From positions 68,886 through 100,885 of the forward strand of contig MWMI01000003.1 in the NCBI GenBank assembly GCA_003568775.1: a stretch of DNA of 32,000 nt, written 5' to 3'. This stretch comes from Candidatus Nanoclepta minutus. GTDB taxonomy: Archaea; Nanobdellota; Nanobdellia; Nanobdellales; Nanobdellaceae. Positions 8,746-16,307 of the stretch are shown in pieces (the stretch's first letter is position 1; the number at the start of each line of letters is the position of its first letter). Made by a program: the position numbers and the translations under genes. The notes under the pieces were generated by a model. That model saw only the letters and a program-made list of their open reading frames with translations. It did not search any database and was not told where the DNA came from.

Positions 8746-9075
8746 AGAAAACTTAGTAAAAATATAATCTTCTATATTAATATAGAGCTAAACAAATATC
8801 GAAAAGAAGCTCAAAAGGCTGCAAGATATCTAAAGAAATTAAACGGCTATTATTATCTGGCTTTGGCATTAGCTGGAGAAGTAGAAGAGTTATTCAATCT
8901 TATAAAGAAAATTGCTAGGGATGATATGTAGTCTGATAGAGGGAAAATATTGAGCGAATTAGGAGATATATCGTGGTATACATCAGAATTGACAAAGCAA
9001 TTCAGTTTTACTTTAGAAGAAGTAATAAGATATAATTTAGAAAAGTTAAGAAAAATATATTTAGAAAAAATTTAA
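8746..9075 (+). pseudogene. MazG-like nucleotide pyrophosphohydrolase remnant (no start codon, one in-frame TAG)
   Basis: The frame reads ...YYYLALALAGEVEELFNLIKKIARDDM*SDRGKILSELGDISWYTSELTKQFSFTLEEVIRYNLEKLRKIY. This matches MazG motifs (LAL.GE.GEL...; ELGD..WY...LA). The in-frame TAG is at 8929-8931. A TAA lies upstream at 8743-8745, and no ATG/GTG/TTG follows it in this frame before the MazG-like motif region. Confidence 0.6.
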
Positions 9076-10412
9076 GGATATAGCCATCCTTCCCTTAACC
9101 TTGGGAACGGTAACGTATCTCTAACATGTTCTAACTTACATACCCACATAGTAAACCTTTCTAATCCTAGACCCCATCCAGAATGGGGTACTGAACCATA
9201 TTTTCTTAAATCTAAATACCATTCATATGCGTTTATTTCTTCGTCCCCTATCTTTACCTTTAATTTATCCAATCCCCATTCCTTTATCTTACTCTCCAAT
9301 ACCTCATACCTCCATTCCCTCTCGGATCCTCCTATTATTTCTCCATACCCTTCGGGCGCTAATAGATCAAAGTTCTTAACGGTTCCATCACCTGCCTCAT
9401 ACATATAGAAGGCCTTTACCTTTCTTGGATAGTTGGTTAGGAATATTGGCACATCGAATTCCATTGCTAATTCCCTCTCTTCATCAGCACCCAAATCATC
9501 TCCATACTTTATGTTTAATCCCTTCTTCTGTAAGATCTTTATTCCATCTTCATATTTTACTACCTTCCATGGTTTTTCAACAAAGCCTTTTAATTCTTCT
9601 ATCTTTCTTCCAGTATTCTTTTCTAGTATTTCAAAATCACTTTTTCTTTCCTCAATAGTCTTTTCTATAGAATACTTCAAGGCTTCCTCAGTTACCTTTA
9701 TTAAATCTTCTAGTCTCATCCATGCAGCTTCTATTTCAAAATGCCAATACTCATGTAAATGCCTTCTAGTCCTTGATTTTTCTGCTCTAAATGATGGGGT
9801 TAATGAAAATACCTTTTCCAAAGAATATATCAGTGCTTCTAGGTATAGCTGTGCGGATTGTGATAGGTATGCCTTATCCCCAAAGTAGTTTACCTCAAAT
9901 AGTGTTGTAGTTTCCTCACAGGCGTTTCCAACCAGTATGGGGGGATGTACTTCATACCATCCATCTTTTATGAACCATTCCCTTAAGTTCTTTAGTAAAG
10001 AATGCTTTATCTTTAATACAGAAGTAAACCATCTAGTCCTTACCCATAAGTATCTATACCTTTGTATGGTCTCTAGAGATTCTCCTCCCTTCAATGGGAA
10101 AGGTTGTCCGTAATCTACTACTTCCAAATCCGTTACTTCAATTTCATATCCACTTGGTGCTCTCTCATCTTTCCTCAGTATCCCCTTTATCTTTAAGGAA
10201 CCTTCTATCTGCATCCTTACTGCGTCATTCCAAACCCTTTCGCTAACCTTATCTTTTCTAATGACAGCCTGTATAATTCCTGTGGAGTCCCTAATAACAA
10301 AGAATACCTTATCTTTCATATCCCTCATCCTATAAATCCATCCTAAGATTTCTACTTCCTTCCCTACAAATTCTTCTTTTAAAAAATCGGCTATATAAGA
10401 AACTTTCATCAT
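9072..10412 (-). CDS. asnS: Asparaginyl-tRNA synthetase (class IIb)
   Basis: Class II motifs are present: SFRAEKSRTRRHLHEYWHFEIE and GSVPHSGWGLGLERFTMW...RDTLPFPR, with a terminal P. The PH.G.GLG.ER motif favours AsnRS over AspRS (PPHGG.G.GLDR). An OB-fold anticodon-binding N-terminus is present. Confidence 0.75.
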   Translation of the reverse strand: MMKVSYIADFLKEEFVGKEVEILGWIYRMRDMKDKVFFVIRDSTGIIQAVIRKDKVSERVWNDAVRMQIEGSLKIKGILRKDERAPSGYEIEVTDLEVVDYGQPFPLKGGESLETIQRYRYLWVRTRWFTSVLKIKHSLLKNLREWFIKDGWYEVHPPILVGNACEETTTLFEVNYFGDKAYLSQSAQLYLEALIYSLEKVFSLTPSFRAEKSRTRRHLHEYWHFEIEAAWMRLEDLIKVTEEALKYSIEKTIEERKSDFEILEKNTGRKIEELKGFVEKPWKVVKYEDGIKILQKKGLNIKYGDDLGADEERELAMEFDVPIFLTNYPRKVKAFYMYEAGDGTVKNFDLLAPEGYGEIIGGSEREWRYEVLESKIKEWGLDKLKVKIGDEEINAYEWYLDLRKYGSVPHSGWGLGLERFTMWVCKLEHVRDTLPFPRLREGWLYP

Positions 10413-10501
10413 GAATCTAGGAGTTCCGACAAGTTATCATAAAATTATATAATTTAAAATAATTTTAAAATCTTTTATTAATTCTGAAGATTAAAGAATT
10501 A

Positions 10502-12268
10502 ATGGCAATAAGGTCTCCGATTGTGGTTGTATTGGGCCATGTTGATTCTGGAAAAACATCATTATTAGATTCAATTAGACAAACATCCTTAACGGAAAAG
10601 GAAGCTGGTGGGATCACACAACATATTGGTGCTACCGAAGTTCCCATAGAGGTTGTGGAGAAGGTATCTAAACCTCTGATGGGTCTATTCAACTTTAGAC
10701 TTAATATACCGTCAATCCTCTTTATAGATACACCAGGTCATGAGGCTTTTAGTAATCTAAGGAAGAGGGGAGGATCCATTGCGGATTTTGCTATAATAGT
10801 TGTGGATGTAATTGAAGGTATTCAAAAACAAACGATAGAATCAATTGAGATATGTAAACAGTTTAAAGTACCTTTTTTAATTGCCTTAAACAAGATAGAC
10901 AGGATAGATGGATGGAAGCCTCAAAACACATATGTATTTTTGGATTCCATTAAGAAACAGGGTCAAAGGACTGCTGAGGAATTAGAAAAGAGGTTATACG
11001 ATGTTGTATATAAGTTATATGAGTTGGGTTTTGAATCTGAAAGGTTTGATAGGGTTAAAGACTTTAGGAGAGAGGTTGCGATAATACCTGTCTCTGCAAA
11101 GACAAAGGAAGGTTTAGCAGAACTATTACTAATAATATCTGGTTTAGTTCAGAGGTTTTTGGAAGAGAGATTAAAGATTGATGTAGAGGGTCCTGGGAAG
11201 GGTGTTATATTAGAGAGGAAGGAGGTTAAGGGGTTGGGTGATGTGATAGATGTAATTTTATATGATGGGAAGATAAAGAAAGGTGATAGAATAGCTTTTC
11301 TAACAAGAGAAGGTGTAAAGATAACTAATGTAAAGGCAATATATAAACCAGAAGCATTGAAGGATATTAGGTTTAAGACTAAGTTTTACGAAGTTGAAGA
11401 GGCTACTGCAGCATGTGGTGTTAGGATTTCTGGGGAAGGATTGGAAGAAGCAATACCAGGTTCGCATATATATGTGATTACCTCTGAAGAAGAGTTGAGT
11501 AAAATAAAGAGTGAGATTGAAAGGGAAGTTTCGGAGATAATATTTAGTACTGATAGAATAGGTGTTGTGGCAAAGGCAGATACCTTGGGAACCTTAGAAG
11601 TTTTGATAAAAATATTAAAGGAAAATAACATTCCTGTTGCTAGATCTGATATAGGAGATATAACAAAGGAAGATATAATGTTTGCATATTCAGTTAAAGA
11701 GAAGAAGCCTGAGTATGGAATAATAATTGGGTTTAATGTAAAGGTTGATAAGAATGCTGAAGATTTCTTAAAGAGTTATAATATAAGGGTTATTTTGGGA
11801 AACGTTGTCTATAGAATGATTGAGGATATTCAGAACTATGTAAATGAGTTAACAAAGAAGAAGTTACCTAGTGATCTACCATCCGTTGCAAAGATAAGGA
11901 TTTTGCCAGGTAATGTATTTAGGAGGAGTAGTCCGGCAATCGTTGGTGTTGAGGTTTTAGCAGGTGAGTTGAGAAAAGATGTTTATTTGATGAGGGAAGA
12001 TGGAAAGGTTATTGGAAAGGTTTTATCAATACAGTATGAAAAGAAGAACCTAGATAATGCAAGGAAAGGTGATAAAGTTGCTGTAAGCATTGATGATGCA
12101 GTAGTTGGAAGGAATGTAGAAGAAGGAAATATTTTATACACGTTTTTATTAGAGGATCAGTTTAGGAAATACAAGGAATATAAGGATATGTTGAGTGAGG
12201 AGCAGAAGGAAGTTTTGAGGGAAATAGCTAATATAATGAGAAAGACTAATCCTGCCTGGGGTTTGTAA
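10502..12268 (+). CDS. infB: Translation initiation factor aIF5B (IF2 homologue)
   Basis: G-domain motifs are present: VVVLGHVDSGKTSLLD, DTPGH, LNKID. The 588-aa length and the C-terminal beta-barrel/helical architecture are typical of aIF5B. Confidence 0.95.
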   Translation: MAIRSPIVVVLGHVDSGKTSLLDSIRQTSLTEKEAGGITQHIGATEVPIEVVEKVSKPLMGLFNFRLNIPSILFIDTPGHEAFSNLRKRGGSIADFAIIVVDVIEGIQKQTIESIEICKQFKVPFLIALNKIDRIDGWKPQNTYVFLDSIKKQGQRTAEELEKRLYDVVYKLYELGFESERFDRVKDFRREVAIIPVSAKTKEGLAELLLIISGLVQRFLEERLKIDVEGPGKGVILERKEVKGLGDVIDVILYDGKIKKGDRIAFLTREGVKITNVKAIYKPEALKDIRFKTKFYEVEEATAACGVRISGEGLEEAIPGSHIYVITSEEELSKIKSEIEREVSEIIFSTDRIGVVAKADTLGTLEVLIKILKENNIPVARSDIGDITKEDIMFAYSVKEKKPEYGIIIGFNVKVDKNAEDFLKSYNIRVILGNVVYRMIEDIQNYVNELTKKKLPSDLPSVAKIRILPGNVFRRSSPAIVGVEVLAGELRKDVYLMREDGKVIGKVLSIQYEKKNLDNARKGDKVAVSIDDAVVGRNVEEGNILYTFLLEDQFRKYKEYKDMLSEEQKEVLREIANIMRKTNPAWGL

Positions 12269-12308
12269 GTTCGTCATTATTTATAAATATTACCGAACTA
12301 ACGAACTA
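12268..12308 (+). promoter_or_regulatory. Promoter plus candidate operator of the 12310-15884 operon: a TATA box flanked by a perfect 7-bp inverted repeat and a tandem direct repeat
   Basis: AGTTCGT (12268-12274) and ACGAACT (12301-12307) are exact reverse complements flanking TTTATAAATA (12280-12289). CGAACTA occurs twice in tandem (12294-12300, 12302-12308), directly before the ATG at 12310. The TATA-to-ATG spacing of about 25 nt implies a leaderless mRNA. Confidence 0.45.
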
Positions 12309-12309
12309 T

Positions 12310-12870
12310 ATGAAGAAGGAAAGGATATTGAGAGTATTAGGAATGAAAAGGGTTGTTAGTTTTGGAGATCTAGTTAGAGAGAGTAATGTATCAAAATCCT
12401 ATTTATCAGAATTTTTGAAGGTTTTAAGAGAAAGAGGGTTGATATTAATGGGAGAAAGCATTAAAGTTACAGATTTAATAGAATTCTTAAGGTTTTGGGG
12501 TGAGAAAAAAAGGAAAATATTGAAGAGAATTAATTCCTTTTTAACAGATACCCTATTTATTAACGATTTCTTATCTGTTTTATCTAATAAGGATTATGTT
12601 TTGTCAGGACAGTTTGTAGAAAATTTAATTACAAAACAGAGCTCAGGTATATCTCTATGGGTATATGTTTTTGACGAAAATACTTATTTGGAACTAATGA
12701 GGGGTTTTAGTAAGAAGAGGAGTGGAAGGATAAAGGTAATGTTCTATGATGATCATATAAAGTATGGTAGTAGCTTTCTTCAAGGATATAGGATAGTAGC
12801 TTTAGAGCAATTAGCAGCAGATTTAATTGCAGAGGGCATATTTACCGATATAAAGGTATTGTTAAAATGA
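12310..12870 (+). CDS. wHTH transcriptional regulator, AbiEi-like (putative antitoxin/regulator)
   Basis: The N-terminus ILRVLGMKRVVSFGDLVRESNVSKSYLSEFLKVLRERGLI is a winged helix-turn-helix. The C-terminal domain (YVLSGQFVENL...YRIVALEQLAADLI) resembles AbiEi-type partners. The stop overlaps the next ATG (ATGA). Confidence 0.5.
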   Translation: MKKERILRVLGMKRVVSFGDLVRESNVSKSYLSEFLKVLRERGLILMGESIKVTDLIEFLRFWGEKKRKILKRINSFLTDTLFINDFLSVLSNKDYVLSGQFVENLITKQSSGISLWVYVFDENTYLELMRGFSKKRSGRIKVMFYDDHIKYGSSFLQGYRIVALEQLAADLIAEGIFTDIKVLLK

Positions 12871-13532
12871 TTGAGGATTTCTATAAATATTCCAAAATCT
12901 CTTGGGAGTATTTGGATGAGATATGGAGAAAAATAAGGGGAGAAAAGATGTTAATAGGAGGATGGGCAGTTCATTTATTGGTAAATGATGGATTAAAGAT
13001 AAATAAAAGAAAGGAATATATTGGATCTAAAGATATAGATTTGTTTGTAGAAGATTTAGAAAGAGTTTTTGATATTTTAGTTAGTTTAGGGTTTGAAAAA
13101 GAAGATAATAGGTTTTTTAAAGAAGAAAGAGATTTTAAAATTTTTGTAGATGTTTTTAGCCCAGGAAATACTCCGGATCCTCTAATGGAATACGCCTTTA
13201 TAAACAATTATAAGTTAAGGATAAATAATTTTATAGTACCCTACCCAGAATTCTTAATAGTGTCGAAGATAAATACAATATTAGTTAGGGGTATGAAAGA
13301 GAAAAGAATAAAGGATATTTTAGATTTACTTATGCTAATTTCCTTTTCAAAATACGATATTGATTTGATAAAGGATTTAATTAGAAAACATAACGTTTAT
13401 ATTTCTTCCTTTGTCATAAAGGAAATAGAAGAGAACTCATATGTTTTAAAATACTTTAATTTTGATGATAAAGAAATAGAAAGCTTAATTAAAATTTTAG
13501 AAAGAGTTCTATTATATGGAAGAAACCCTTAA
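12867..13532 (+). CDS. Pol-beta-fold nucleotidyltransferase, AbiEii/DUF1814-like (putative toxin)
   Basis: LIGGWAVHLLV...YIGSKDIDLFV matches the GG.A...(G)S.DIDL nucleotidyltransferase signature. The C-terminal PEFLIVSKINTILVRGMKEKRIKDILDLLML resembles the AbiEii helix motif (K..A...R...KD..D...L). Confidence 0.55.
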   Translation: MIEDFYKYSKISWEYLDEIWRKIRGEKMLIGGWAVHLLVNDGLKINKRKEYIGSKDIDLFVEDLERVFDILVSLGFEKEDNRFFKEERDFKIFVDVFSPGNTPDPLMEYAFINNYKLRINNFIVPYPEFLIVSKINTILVRGMKEKRIKDILDLLMLISFSKYDIDLIKDLIRKHNVYISSFVIKEIEENSYVLKYFNFDDKEIESLIKILERVLLYGRNP

Positions 13533-14238
13533 ACTAATTAAAGAAACTATTCTCAACGTTGCAAAGGAATATAATGTTGAAATAGATAAAATAATCCTGT
13601 TTGGATCTAGGGCAAGAGGAGATTTTAGGGAAGATTCCGATTGGGATATATTAATTGTAACTAAGGAGAAAATGGATAGAGAAAAGGAATCAGATTTTAG
13701 ATTGAAAATTGTTTTAGAACTTCATAATTTTTTAAATCAAGATATAGAGATAATAATTGTAGATAAAAGGACTTTTGAGGAATATAAAACTCCAGCTTAT
13801 GTATATTATTATGCGGAAAAAGAAGGAAAACTTTTATGGTATAGTAGGGTTTATGAGGACGTTAAAAATCTTTTAGAAATGGCTATGGAAAATTTAAAAG
13901 TTGTAGATTATCTTAAATCTAAAGAGTTTTATTATCATATATGTCTTCATTGCTCATGGGCTGTTAGAGATTTATTAAAGGCTTTTTTAATATTTAATCA
14001 ATTAAACTTTTCAAAACCAAATGATATAGTTGAACTAGTAAAGCTATGTATGGAATTTGATAGGGATTTTAGGGAAGAATTCCAAAATTATATGGATGTT
14101 TTTGAAAAGTTGAAAGGGTATGATATTTTATTTAAAAGATCTGAACTCTTTGATGTAAGTAAAGAAGAAGCTCAGAGGATAATTGAAATTACTGAAAGAG
14201 TTAAAGAATTTATATTAAATAAAATTAAGCTAGAATAA
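13516..14238 (+). CDS. Fused minimal nucleotidyltransferase (MNT) and HEPN domain protein
   Basis: The N-terminus ILFGSRARGDFREDSDWDILIV is the classic MNT motif (GSxxRGxxxxxSDxDxL). The C-terminal half (AMENLKVVDYLKSKEFYYHICLHCSWAVRDLLKAFL...KGYDILFKRSELFDVSKEEAQRIIEITERVKEFI) matches HEPN (PF05168-like) helices. It overlaps the upstream gene by 17 nt. Confidence 0.75.
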   Translation: MEETLKLIKETILNVAKEYNVEIDKIILFGSRARGDFREDSDWDILIVTKEKMDREKESDFRLKIVLELHNFLNQDIEIIIVDKRTFEEYKTPAYVYYYAEKEGKLLWYSRVYEDVKNLLEMAMENLKVVDYLKSKEFYYHICLHCSWAVRDLLKAFLIFNQLNFSKPNDIVELVKLCMEFDRDFREEFQNYMDVFEKLKGYDILFKRSELFDVSKEEAQRIIEITERVKEFILNKIKLE

Positions 14239-15884
14239 TGATAACTAGTTTAATAGAAGATCCTAATCTAATAGGTAATAAAGCAGCGAATCTATCCAAA
14301 TTTAGGGGTCTGTTGAATATTCCCAAATCCCTTGTAATTACTACAGAAGCTTTTAGAGAATATATTAAAGATAAAAGTTTTTTAGATAAATTAGTTGAAT
14401 ATTTGGATGATAGTTTAAGTGATTTTAAAAGACCTTTAATATTTAGGAGTTCTTCAACAGTTGAAGATACTCCTGAAAAATCCTATGCAGGTGTATTTAA
14501 ATCTGTTTTAAATGTTTATACAAAAGAAGATATGAAAGAGGCCATTAAGGAAATATATGAGGATTTCTTAAGGAAATCTAGAGAAGATATTGCGATATTA
14601 GTTCAGGAACAGTTTACTAAGGGTAAGTTTGGTGTAATGTTTGGATTTGATGATAAAATAGTCTTAGAAGTTACTTTAAACGATCCGACAGGTATTACTA
14701 GTGGAAGGGCAAAAATAAAGGATTTATACATTATAGATGGAGAAAATGCTTATGTTTATAATAATAAGAATTGGAAGATATTATTTGATTTAGAAATAGA
14801 AAAAATAAAAGAAGCTGATGGGAAGATAAAAAATGTAATTTATCCATATGATGTAGAATTCGTTGTTTATAAAGGGGATTTCTATTTATTACAGGTAAGA
14901 CCTTTACATAAAAAACCAGAATTTAGAATCGGTACTAGTAATTTGTATGGTGTCGGAGTTTCCAGTGGAAAGGTTATGGGAAGGGTTTCCTTTTCTGAAG
15001 ATAATAAGGGAGTAGATAAGATCCTAGTTATAGATGAGGTTCCTTTTGATGAGATAGAAAAAGTAAAGGAATTTGGGGGCATAATAATAGAGATAGGAAG
15101 TTTATTATCCCATATAGCAATCCATATGAGAGAGTATGGAATACCAGCAATTGTTGGAGTTCCTATAAAATATTTCAGAGAAGGAGAGTTGATTGAAATG
15201 GATGGAAGCACTGGAGAAATAAAGTTTTTGGATAGAAGAGGTTTTGAGATATCTAGAATTGAAAGAGAAATAGAAATTTATGATCCTAAAATGTTAAGAT
15301 TGCTTATAGTAGATAAGTATGCTTTTGTTTTATATCCAAAAGATGGGTATAGCATTCTGTTTTATAGAGATAGTAGAGGGTTAGACTATGTTTTGAGGAT
15401 TTCTGAGGATCCTTTAGTAGACGGAGGAGTAGATAGTTGGCATACGTATGTGACTATTTTAGAGTTATCTCTATTGGATTCTGAAGTAAGGGGAGACTTT
15501 GAAAGGGTAATTAAAGCTATAGAAGAAGCCAATATGGAAAAAATAGAGAAATTGTATGGGGAATTAAAGAATAAGATTTCAAGATATTATAGAGAAGCTG
15601 AAATGAAAGAAGATTTATATTTAGTCGAAAAGACATATGCTTATATAAGGTTGGTAAGAAATGTATTACTATTCGAATATGGACAAAAGTTGATGAACAA
15701 TCCAAAATTTATGGAATTAGTAAAAAAGGATGAAGGAGAAAGATTACCCGAACTCTATAAAATATATGAGCTATTCGATAAGTTATATGATAGAATCGAA
15801 AAAGAACATGGACTAAAAAAGATGGATTATACATCTTACTTAGCTTTCCAAATAGATATTCTTAAGAAGGAGAGTAAGGTATAA
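14238..15884 (+). CDS. PEP-utilising-enzyme family protein: PPDK_N-type ATP-grasp plus phosphohistidine swivel domain, no PEP/pyruvate TIM barrel, unknown C-terminal domain
   Basis: IGNKAANLSKF and LIFRSSSTVEDTPEKSYAGVFKSVLNV match the PpsA/PPDK N-terminal motifs (GGKGANL; RSSATAEDLP.ASFAGQ). The swivel motif GGIIIEIGSLLSHIAIHMREYGIPAIVG is present, with the candidate phospho-His codon at 15111-15113. The last ~218 aa are K/E/Y-rich and helical-looking with no family I recognise. The ATG shares one nt with the upstream stop (TAATG). Confidence 0.75.
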   Translation: MITSLIEDPNLIGNKAANLSKFRGLLNIPKSLVITTEAFREYIKDKSFLDKLVEYLDDSLSDFKRPLIFRSSSTVEDTPEKSYAGVFKSVLNVYTKEDMKEAIKEIYEDFLRKSREDIAILVQEQFTKGKFGVMFGFDDKIVLEVTLNDPTGITSGRAKIKDLYIIDGENAYVYNNKNWKILFDLEIEKIKEADGKIKNVIYPYDVEFVVYKGDFYLLQVRPLHKKPEFRIGTSNLYGVGVSSGKVMGRVSFSEDNKGVDKILVIDEVPFDEIEKVKEFGGIIIEIGSLLSHIAIHMREYGIPAIVGVPIKYFREGELIEMDGSTGEIKFLDRRGFEISRIEREIEIYDPKMLRLLIVDKYAFVLYPKDGYSILFYRDSRGLDYVLRISEDPLVDGGVDSWHTYVTILELSLLDSEVRGDFERVIKAIEEANMEKIEKLYGELKNKISRYYREAEMKEDLYLVEKTYAYIRLVRNVLLFEYGQKLMNNPKFMELVKKDEGERLPELYKIYELFDKLYDRIEKEHGLKKMDYTSYLAFQIDILKKESKV

Positions 15885-15914
15885 CTTTTTAAATGATATC
15901 CCTTTTTATCTATA

Positions 15915-16307
15915 ATGGCTAAGAAGGAAAGGGGAAGTATATATAAGATAGTCGTATCTGATCCAAAAACTGGAAAAGCTGTTCAAATAGATTATAAAGG
16001 AGACTTCTTCTTAGGTAAGAAAATAGGGGATAAGGTTCCGGGTGATGTTATAGGATTGAGCGGTTATGAATTGGAGATAAGGGGTGGATCTGGATTTGAG
16101 GGTGCACCAATGGTTGATTTTATAGAGGGACAAGTAAAGAAATACGTCTGGTGGAAGGATAAAGAGGGAAGGTATAAAAAGTTAGTTAGGGGTAATGCAG
16201 TTTCTCCAGAGGTAGTTCAGGTAAATACAATAATAGTAAAGTATGGAGATAGACCTTTTGAGGAAATATATAACGAGTTTAAGGCTAGGAAACAGCAGAC
16301 TTCATAG
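15915..16307 (+). CDS. rps6e: 30S ribosomal protein S6e
   Basis: KIVVSDPKTGKAVQIDYKG...LGKKIGDKVPGDVIGLSGYELEIRGGSGFEGAPM matches the S6e consensus. The 130-aa length is typical for archaea. Confidence 0.9.
   Translation: MAKKERGSIYKIVVSDPKTGKAVQIDYKGDFFLGKKIGDKVPGDVIGLSGYELEIRGGSGFEGAPMVDFIEGQVKKYVWWKDKEGRYKKLVRGNAVSPEVVQVNTIIVKYGDRPFEEIYNEFKARKQQTS

Noticed and set aside
7632-9071. att-site duplication of the tRNA-Lys 3' end that would delimit an integrated element
   Set aside because: I found no second copy of the T-arm/acceptor sequence (GGTTCAAATCCCCTCGGGCCC or a substantial part of it) downstream by eye. No integrase gene is present. The integration idea is therefore kept only as a low-interest finding.
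9425-9888. Track ORFs 9425-9658 and 9433-9888 (+)
   Set aside because: They lie entirely antisense to asnS, whose class II synthetase motifs are unambiguous. Their Ser/Phe/Leu-rich composition is typical of antisense frames.
10465-11631. Track ORFs 10465-10692 (-) and 11386-11631 (-)
   Set aside because: They are antisense to infB (aIF5B) and have no recognisable motifs.
12971-15705. Track ORFs 12971-13207, 14882-15211 and 15517-15705 (all -)
   Set aside because: They are antisense shadows inside the AbiEii-like and PEP-utilising genes. Their composition is low-complexity (Ser/Leu/Ile/Pro).
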